From assembly GCF_000017305.1 (NCBI RefSeq), contig NC_009664.2:4290001-4322000 (forward strand): 32,000 nt of DNA, read 5' to 3'. Below are positions 24,482 through 30,848 of the stretch, in pieces. The stretch's first letter is position 1, and each line of letters opens with the position of its first letter. The translations under genes were made by a program, and so were the position numbers. The stretch is from Kineococcus radiotolerans SRS30216 = ATCC BAA-149 (lineage in GTDB: Bacteria > Actinomycetota > Actinomycetes > Actinomycetales > Kineococcaceae). Under the pieces are notes generated by a model. That model was not told where the DNA came from and did not search any database. It saw only the letters and a program-made list of their open reading frames with translations.

Positions 24482-24907
24482 ATGACCCCGCTGATCGACG
24501 CGTTGACCGTCCGCGCCATCCACGCCTACGAACGCGAGGACGCCTCGGCCCTCCCGGGCCTGCGCTCCCTGGGCGCGGTGATGGCCCTGCACGGCATCTC
24601 CGAGAACGGTGGGCTGGTCGGTGGGGGCATCGAGAACCGCTTCTTCAGCGAGAACGTGCCGTCGATCGACGACGCCGTCGAGGGCTACCGCTGGCTCGGT
24701 CTGAGCGACGTCGCTGGGCTCGTCGCCCGCGCCCGCGACGAGTACCTGCGGTTCCGGCCCACGGGCCGGGAGGAGCTCTCCGACGCGGATGCCGCACTGT
24801 GGGACCAGCTCGACTCGGAGTTCTTCCGAGTCGCTCACCTGGAGCGGTTGGAGGCGGCGGTGGCGGCTCGCCTGCACCAGATCGCCCCGGAGCTGCTGCC
24901 GTCCTGA
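24482..24907 (+). CDS. Hypothetical protein (141 aa); weak resemblance to DUF4375/DMP19-like helical proteins
   Basis: GGAGG lies 7 nt before ATG 24482. GC3 is very high across the whole ORF and the composition is non-repetitive. The ...HGISENGGLVGGGIENRFF...AVEGYRWLGLSDVAGLVARARDEY... layout recalls NGGFxQYFxN...A.EAL..IG proteins, but only loosely. Confidence 0.8.
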   Translation: MTPLIDALTVRAIHAYEREDASALPGLRSLGAVMALHGISENGGLVGGGIENRFFSENVPSIDDAVEGYRWLGLSDVAGLVARARDEYLRFRPTGREELSDADAALWDQLDSEFFRVAHLERLEAAVAARLHQIAPELLPS

Positions 24908-25107
24908 CCGCTGCCGCTGACCACGCCCCACCGCACGTCGAACGTCGAGGCGGTCGACGCTCACCGGTACGACGGCGACGTCGCCGGCCGTCGACGACAG
25001 CGCACGACGCGGGACGACCGTGGAGCCACCCCGTCCGCGGGCGGCGTGCGGGGGCGGCAGGTCGCGGTCCTGCCCGCGGGGGGAGTGCCGGTGCGCTCGA
25101 GCGGCCG

Positions 25108-26379
25108 TCACCCGCCGAACGGCGCCGCGCCGCGTGCTGCGCCGCCGGGTGCTGCGCCGCCGCCCGCGCCGGAGGCGGCTCGCTGCGTCGCGCTGCCGGC
25201 GTAGTCGTTCGTCGGGTCGCGGTAGACGGTGTGCACGTGGCCCCACCCGCTGGTGGTGACGCCGTCGACGTCCGCGCCGGCGGAACCGTCCTGCGCCTGG
25301 AAGGAGACGTACACGTTCGCTCCGGAGATCGAGAAGGAGATCCCGTCGCCGCTGCTCATGTCGTAGGTGGTCTCACCCGACCACGCCACGACCGTGTCGT
25401 CGAGGGTGGCTTCGATCTCCGCGAAGGTGGTCGCGGTGCTCTGCTCGTCGGCCATGCCCGCCCAGTTGGCGATGAGCTCGAGCAGCAACTGCCTCTGCTC
25501 CTCGCTCAGGTCCGCCCCGGTCAACCCGGTGCCGACGGCGAAGTCGCAGGTGTCACCGGGCGCGCAGGAGCTGACGTCACCCGAGGTCAGAGTCGCCTGC
25601 TGCTCGACGGTGAGGCTGTCGAAGAAGGCGAAGGCGTCGGTGTAGATCCCGTCGAAGGGTTGCACCTCGTCGCCGTCCTCATCGGTGTAGACCGCCGGCT
25701 GCACCCCGAGGTGGGTGGGGGCGAAGGTGATCGCGTCGGAGGCGCCGTCCAGGGTGGCGTTGATGCCGAGGTGGTGCCCGCCGAACTGGACCTCGAAAGC
25801 GTCGGTGTCCGAGGGGTCGCCGAAGAAGGCGATGTAGTACTGACCCAGGCTGTCCTCGGTGGATGAGCTGTTCTCGGCCAGGTACTCGTCCCCGCCCACG
25901 ATGCCCGTGACGGTCTGGTAGGCCTCGTCGCTGAGCAGGGCTTCGAGCACGGCCAGGGCGGCGGTCCGCTGCTCATCGGTGAGGTCGGTCAGGTTCAAGC
26001 CGGCGCGTTCGACGAAGGTGACGGGGAAGTTCGACCACGAGGTGGTCTTGGTCTCGTCGTCGTAGGCGTAGAGCACCGCCTCGCGCTGTTCCTCGCTCAA
26101 GGTGGCGAGGAAGGCCTCGGCGGCGGCCGCGGTGCCGCTGATGGTCTGAGCGGTCGTGGTGGCGTCGGTGGTCGAGGTCGCCGCTGCGTCGGTGATCGAG
26201 GTGCTGGTGGAGCTGCTCGTGGAGGAGCTGGTCGAGGAACTAGCGGCAGTGTCGGCCGTGGTGGTGCTGCACCCGCTCAGGGCGAGACCGCCGGCGAGCA
26301 GCACCGCGGCCAACCGCGTGGCGCGGGCCCGCGCGGGCCGTCGTCGTGAGGGGGCGGTGGTCGCGTCGGTCTCCGTCAT
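25108..26379 (-). CDS. DUF3500-family lipoprotein
   Basis: In-frame ATG (complement of 26377-26379) within ORF 25108..26475. Signal: RRRPARARATRLAAVLLAGGLALSGC (LSGC lipobox), followed by a Ser/Thr-rich linker. The core contains FGGHHLGINA and WGHVHTVYRDPTNDYAG, as I recall for DUF3500. Confidence 0.85.
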   Translation of the reverse strand: MTETDATTAPSRRRPARARATRLAAVLLAGGLALSGCSTTTADTAASSSTSSSTSSSTSTSITDAAATSTTDATTTAQTISGTAAAAEAFLATLSEEQREAVLYAYDDETKTTSWSNFPVTFVERAGLNLTDLTDEQRTAALAVLEALLSDEAYQTVTGIVGGDEYLAENSSSTEDSLGQYYIAFFGDPSDTDAFEVQFGGHHLGINATLDGASDAITFAPTHLGVQPAVYTDEDGDEVQPFDGIYTDAFAFFDSLTVEQQATLTSGDVSSCAPGDTCDFAVGTGLTGADLSEEQRQLLLELIANWAGMADEQSTATTFAEIEATLDDTVVAWSGETTYDMSSGDGISFSISGANVYVSFQAQDGSAGADVDGVTTSGWGHVHTVYRDPTNDYAGSATQRAASGAGGGAAPGGAARGAAPFGG

Positions 26380-26898
26380 GGCACCCACCGTGCCCAGCCG
26401 TGCTTTGCCGGAGCTGTGAGCAGCCGGTGGGGCACGAGTGCATCGGTGGGAGCCGATCCGGCGGCACCGGCGCACGAGCCTCGGTCGACCGCGCTCCTCC
26501 GCGCGACGGCCAGGTCCAGATCGCGGGCCACCGTGCCTGCCGTGACCCGGTCGTGGTCACCCAGGACGAGCCCCTGCTGCTGAGGAAGTCGACGATGTCC
26601 CGCCCTTCGAGGCCGGTGCACTTCGCGTACCGGCGGGGCACGTCGCCGTGCGTCGCCGGGGCTTCGTCCAGAACCGGGTCAGGCACCACGTGGTCCAGGT
26701 CGAGTCGCAGGACGCTGTGGTCCTCGTCGCCCGCCTCGTCGCGGTGGGGGACGAATCCGCGCGTCGTCCGAGCACCCTCCCGTCGCCGAGGGCCGGCGCC
26801 TCGCGCAGTGAGCCTGCGGCTGTCGAACCGCACGCACCTCGGCGTGGCCGTGGTGCTCCGGGGCGTGGAGTCCGGCCGGTGGTGGGGCAGGTGGGCGT

Positions 26899-27738
26899 GT
26901 GCGCGATGCTGGGGACATGACGGTCAGCGACGACATCGACCCCGGCACCGGCTCCGACGTGCTGCGGACCGCGGCGGTCCACGCCTGGTCCCTGGACCGC
27001 ACCCTGGGCCGGTTCCGGGCCGGGACCACCACCGAACCCACCGGGCTGCCGCTGCTCGAGCTGCCCGCGGCGCTGCGCGACCACGGCTACCGCACCGTGC
27101 AGCTGTGCCACTTCCACCTCCCGCACCGCGAGGACACCTACCTCGCCGAGCTCCGTACGGCGCTGGCGGAGGCCGGTGTCGTGCTGGACGCGTTCCTGGT
27201 GGACGACGGCGACCTGACGCACCCCGGCGAGGGAGCGCGCGAGGAGGCGCGGATCTCCTCCTACCTCGCCGACGCCGCCGCGCTGGGGGCCACTCGGATC
27301 CGGGTGGTGGCCGGGCGGACCCGCACCGGCACCGCGCAAGCCGACAGCTCCGCGGCGCTCGGGCGCATCGCCGCCCGCGCCGGGGACCTGCGCGTGGTCA
27401 CCGAGAACTGGGGAGACGTGACGCGCGACGCCGCGGACGTCCGGGCCGTCCTCGACCCCCTCGACGGGGCGGTGGGACTGCTGGTGGACCTGGGGAACTG
27501 GACCGGCCCGGGCAAGTACGCCGACCTGGCCGAGGTCGCCCCCTACGCGGAGACCTGCCACGCCAAGGCGCACTGGAACGGGAACGTCGTGGACGAGGTG
27601 GACTACCGCACGAGCCTGTCCTCGATCCTCGACGCCGGGTACAGCGGTCCGCTGGCCCTGGTCTACGACGCGGCCGCCGACGACGAGTGGGCGGGACTGG
27701 CCGTCCAGCGCGCGATCGTGGAGGACCTCCTCGACTGA
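26899..27738 (+). CDS. Sugar phosphate isomerase/epimerase (xylose-isomerase-like TIM barrel)
   Basis: 279-aa ORF. Family-like segments: ...GYRTVQLCHFHL..., LGATRIRVVAG, RVVTENWG, and ...ILDAGYSGPLALVYD. The start is uncertain: GTG 26899 or ATG 26917. Confidence 0.82.
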   Translation: MRDAGDMTVSDDIDPGTGSDVLRTAAVHAWSLDRTLGRFRAGTTTEPTGLPLLELPAALRDHGYRTVQLCHFHLPHREDTYLAELRTALAEAGVVLDAFLVDDGDLTHPGEGAREEARISSYLADAAALGATRIRVVAGRTRTGTAQADSSAALGRIAARAGDLRVVTENWGDVTRDAADVRAVLDPLDGAVGLLVDLGNWTGPGKYADLAEVAPYAETCHAKAHWNGNVVDEVDYRTSLSSILDAGYSGPLALVYDAAADDEWAGLAVQRAIVEDLLD

Positions 27739-27778
27739 GCGGCTGCGCCTCGAGGACAGCGACCACGTCGGGCTCCTC

Positions 27779-27802
27779 GCCGCCCCCCGTCCCCGGGGCG
27801 GC
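27779..27802 (+). terminator. Hairpin GCCGCCCC-ccgtcccc-GGGGCGGC after the TIM-barrel gene
   Basis: An 8-bp perfect stem about 40 nt after stop 27738. Confidence 0.4.
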
Positions 27803-27921
27803 AGCACCGCGAGCCGCCCGCCTCGGACGACCGCTCGGGAGCGGTGCCGGCGGGTGACACCCGACGCCGTCGTCGTGCGCCGACTCCCCGCCCAGCCGCC
27901 GCTCCCACGCCTGAGCCCAGC

Positions 27922-27958
27922 GGTGCCTGGCCCGCACGGGTCGTACCGGCCAGGCACC
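27922..27958 (-). terminator. 11-bp perfect-stem hairpin GGTGCCTGGCC...GGCCAGGCACC 10 nt downstream of the metallophosphoesterase stop
   Basis: Read directly. The arms are at 27922-27932 and 27948-27958, with a 15-nt loop. Confidence 0.5.
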
Positions 27959-27967
27959 GACCCCGGG

Positions 27968-29869
27968 TCAGGAACGGCCTGCGCTCGTCCCGGGGGCGCT
28001 GAGGAAGTCGGGGACCTCCAGGGCCCGCGAGGAGATCCGCACGTCGCCGATCCAGCCGTAGAAGCCCTGCCCGAACTGCTCGTCGGACTGGGTGGCGCCG
28101 ATCGCGAACGGCTTGCCCAAGGTGGCGATGCCCCGTGCCCGCTGGGACGGGTTGCGAGCGATCCGCGACCCGTCGACGAAGACCACTGTGTGTTCGCCGT
28201 CGTTGACGATCGCCACGTGCGTCCACCGGCCCGGGGTCAGCGCGTGCGTCCACGACGTCGGGTTCACGTCGTCGACGGAGGGGTAGAGCACGAACTGCAG
28301 GAACCACTCCGACGTGACGTTGAGGCTGCAACTGGGTTCCTCGGTGGTGTACCCGCTGGTCTTGCCCGCGTCGCCGTTGTTGCCTTCCCAGCTGAGGACC
28401 CCCATCCAGGCGTGGTCGCCGACGAAGGGGTCGGGGAGCTTGAGGAACACCTCGATGGTGAACCCGTCGAGGAACTGCTCGGAGTTCACCGGCGCGTCGG
28501 GACCGGTCTCCAGGACCGCTCCGCCGTCGGGGTCCTTGTGCCCGTCGAAGCGCAGGCTGGCGTGGGCGGGGGCGTCGTCGTGGTGGTCGCGGGACCAGGT
28601 CAGCGCGCCCGCGCCGGCGGTGCCGATGAGGCGGGCGGTGACGTCGTTGCCGTTCCCGGTCTGATCACGCACCACGCTGCCCGCCCCGACGACCGCGCCT
28701 TCGACGCCGTCGCCGGTCTCGTCGAAGCGCCAGTAGGCGGCGGTGTCGGCGGTGATGACGGCCTCGGCGGGCCGCGGCTGCGGCACCACGGGCGGGGCGA
28801 ACCCGGCGAAGCGTTCGGTGGGGACGAGGTCGAAGCTGAAGCGGTCCAGGTCGGTGCTGCGTTCGAGGGCCTGCTGCTGCAGCGGGGACCGCTCCTCCTC
28901 GGGGATGGAGAGCAGCCAGGGGGAGATGGTCTCCACGTCGACCACACCGCGGGCCAGGTCGAAGTGGTAGAGGCGGACCGTGCCCGATCCGCCGTAGTAC
29001 TGGTCCTGGTAGTTGGTCAGGTGCGCGTGGACCTCGTGGCCGGCGTCGTTGACCAGGACGGTGCGCCCCACCGGCCAGAAGTGCCCGTTGAGGGTGAGGA
29101 AGACCTGGTCCCGCCCGCGCAGGAGGTCCTGCCACAGCATCGCCCCGTACTCCGAGAGCGAAGCGGTGCCGGTGTCGTCGGCGGCGACGAGGTCGTGGGT
29201 GGTGAGGATCACCGGCAGCGTCGGGTGGGCGTCCAGCACGCCCGCAGCCCAGGCGGTGCCGCGCTCGGAGGCGCGCCAGTCCATGGCCAGCAGCAGCCAC
29301 TCGCGCCCGCCCGCGCGGAAGACGTGGAAGGTGTGGTACCCGTCGGGGGAGGCGCCGCGGAAGGTGGGCACGTCGCGGAACCGGTCGGGACCGAAGTGCT
29401 CCAGGTAGGGCGTGGACCCGCGCTGGTCGTCACCGGAGACGTCGTGGTTGCCGGCCAGGACCGAGTACGGCAGGTCCTCCCGTCCACCGGTCGGCATCTC
29501 CTCCGCCCAGACCTGCGCGGCGAGGGCGATCTCGGCGTCGCTGCCGTGTTCGGTGAGGTCGCCCAGCTGGGCGAGGAACACGATGTTCTGCGCGGTGCGG
29601 TTCTCCCGCAGCCAGCGCAAGGTGGCGCGCACCGGGGTCGGTTCGGCGCTGTCGGCGTCGAAGAGGTACTGGGTGTCGGGCAGCACGGCCACGGTGAAGC
29701 GGGGGGATTCGAGGTCGACGCCACCCGAGCGGGCGGGGCGGGCGGGGTGGTGCCGGTCCCCGGCTGCGGCCGGTGGAGCAGCTGCGGCGGGGCCGGCGAA
29801 CACGGTCGCGGCCGCAGGTACGGCCAGACCGGTGGTGAGCAGCGACCGGCGCGACCACGAGGGCGTCAC
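27968..29869 (-). CDS. Tat-signal secreted metallophosphoesterase (calcineurin-like) fused to a C-terminal LamG/concanavalin-A-like lectin domain
   Basis: ORF 27968..30109. N-region: VTPSWSRRSLLTTGLAVPAAATVFAGPAAAA (RR motif). Phosphoesterase motifs: VLPDTQY, QLGDLTEHG, LAGNHD, TTHD, LNGHFWP. The C-terminus (...FTIEVFLKL...WTHVAIVNDGEHTVVFVDG...FYGWIGDVRIS) is typical of a LamG jelly-roll. I placed the start at GTG 29869. Sequence upstream to 30109 has low GC3, so the start is uncertain. Confidence 0.85.
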   Translation of the reverse strand: MTPSWSRRSLLTTGLAVPAAATVFAGPAAAAPPAAAGDRHHPARPARSGGVDLESPRFTVAVLPDTQYLFDADSAEPTPVRATLRWLRENRTAQNIVFLAQLGDLTEHGSDAEIALAAQVWAEEMPTGGREDLPYSVLAGNHDVSGDDQRGSTPYLEHFGPDRFRDVPTFRGASPDGYHTFHVFRAGGREWLLLAMDWRASERGTAWAAGVLDAHPTLPVILTTHDLVAADDTGTASLSEYGAMLWQDLLRGRDQVFLTLNGHFWPVGRTVLVNDAGHEVHAHLTNYQDQYYGGSGTVRLYHFDLARGVVDVETISPWLLSIPEEERSPLQQQALERSTDLDRFSFDLVPTERFAGFAPPVVPQPRPAEAVITADTAAYWRFDETGDGVEGAVVGAGSVVRDQTGNGNDVTARLIGTAGAGALTWSRDHHDDAPAHASLRFDGHKDPDGGAVLETGPDAPVNSEQFLDGFTIEVFLKLPDPFVGDHAWMGVLSWEGNNGDAGKTSGYTTEEPSCSLNVTSEWFLQFVLYPSVDDVNPTSWTHALTPGRWTHVAIVNDGEHTVVFVDGSRIARNPSQRARGIATLGKPFAIGATQSDEQFGQGFYGWIGDVRISSRALEVPDFLSAPGTSAGRS

Positions 29870-30144
29870 CGGCGGGTGGGCCGGCGGGGTAGCTGCCGCA
29901 GCGGACGGGGACACGGTCGACGTGGTGGGAGTGGAAGTCGATGGGGTGGCGGGTGGGGTGGGCTCGAGAGGCACCTGGGCATCCGATCGTCCTCGGCCGG
30001 TACCCGGGGGTCGCCGTGGTGAACGGTGCCCGGGGAGTCGGTGAACACGATCAGCGTCGACGTGCTCGTGGGGTGAGCAGCGCGGACGTCGAGGCCGCGC
30101 GGCATCCACCGTTCACCGGCAGCGGTGTGGGCGGGAGGGCCGGT

Positions 30145-30729
30145 TCAGCCGCTCCTGCGCTGGCGGTAGGTGCGGGTCTTGTGCCGGTTGCCGCAGATCT
30201 CCATGGAGCACCAGCGGCCTGCGCCGCTGCGGGAGGTGTCGTGGAAGGCCCAGCGGCAGTCCGGCGCCGCGCACAGCTTCAGGCGGGCCCAGCGGCCGGT
30301 GGCGGCGCTGGCGGCGACCGTCTCGACGATGACGTCGAGTCCCGCCACGCCGGTGGCCGCGGCCAGGCGCAGCCGGCCGGGAGGGTCCGGCACCAGGCGC
30401 AGCGGGAAGCGGGCCAGGAGGTTCTCGGCTGGCGTCGGGTCGACCCGGGAGAGCGCCGGCTCACGGGGTGCCCGGAGCGGTGCGCTGGTCGACGCGTCGC
30501 CCAGGACGTCGCGCAACGCGGTGCGCAGCGCCACCGCGGTGTCCAGGTCACGCGGGTGCAGGGCCGTGTCGGCGCTCGCGAGGTCGCGGGCCTGCAGCCA
30601 GGCGGTGAGGGCTTCGAGGGAGGTCAGTTCGTCAGCGGCGGTGTGCTCGCGGCCGTGGCGGGTGAACGCCCGCTGGTCGAGGGTGTTGAGGAACTGCTCG
30701 ACGAGGTCGAGGTCTCCCGCTCCGTGCAT
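30145..30729 (-). CDS. CGNR zinc-finger (ABATE domain) putative regulator
   Basis: In-frame ATG (complement of 30727-30729) within ORF 30145..30777 gives MHGAGDLDLVEQFLNTLD... The C-terminus LKLCAAPDCRWAFHDTSRSGAGRWCSMEICGNRHKTRTYRQR is the zf-CGNR signature. Confidence 0.85.
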   Translation of the reverse strand: MHGAGDLDLVEQFLNTLDQRAFTRHGREHTAADELTSLEALTAWLQARDLASADTALHPRDLDTAVALRTALRDVLGDASTSAPLRAPREPALSRVDPTPAENLLARFPLRLVPDPPGRLRLAAATGVAGLDVIVETVAASAATGRWARLKLCAAPDCRWAFHDTSRSGAGRWCSMEICGNRHKTRTYRQRRSG

Positions 30730-30731
30730 CA

Positions 30732-30801
30732 CGACACCAGTGTAGGTCGAATCCGGTGTTGACAAGGCCACCGACACCAGCTCTACGCTTCACTGGTGTC
30801 G
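30732..30801. promoter_or_regulatory. Three copies of CGACACCAG (two direct, one inverted as an 11-bp perfect inverted repeat) flanking a TTGACA -35-like hexamer
   Basis: CGACACCAGTG is at 30732-30742, CGACACCAG at 30772-30780, and CACTGGTGTCG at 30791-30801. TTGACA is at 30759-30764 and TACGCT at 30784-30789 (19-nt spacer). All lie in the 119-bp divergent CGNR/epoxide-hydrolase region. Confidence 0.4.
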
Positions 30802-30848
30802 ACAGCGCCGACGCTGGGACCACCCCCGAGACCGCTGGAGGGACTGCT

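Noticed and set aside
26346-27857. 503-aa plus-strand ORF spanning the TIM-barrel gene region
   Set aside because: It is out of frame with the recognisable sugar-phosphate isomerase/epimerase ORF (26899..27738). The product is almost pure Arg/Gly/Pro/Ala.
27854-30022. 722-aa plus-strand ORF
   Set aside because: It is antisense to the metallophosphoesterase-LamG gene, whose motifs are unambiguous. The product is a Gly/Val/Arg-rich shadow ORF.
29870-30109. ATG 30109 as the start of the metallophosphoesterase gene
   Set aside because: By my count, third-position G/C in 30109-29950 is only about two-thirds, against over 90% in the body of the gene. The Tat motif lies just after GTG 29869. I kept it as an alternative because no strong SD supports any candidate.
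30743-30757. tRNA T-loop-like string aggtcgaatccggtg
   Set aside because: It lacks one T of the GGTTCGAATCC consensus. The flanks cannot form a T-stem, acceptor stem or anticodon arm. It lies inside the CGNR/epoxide-hydrolase promoter region.
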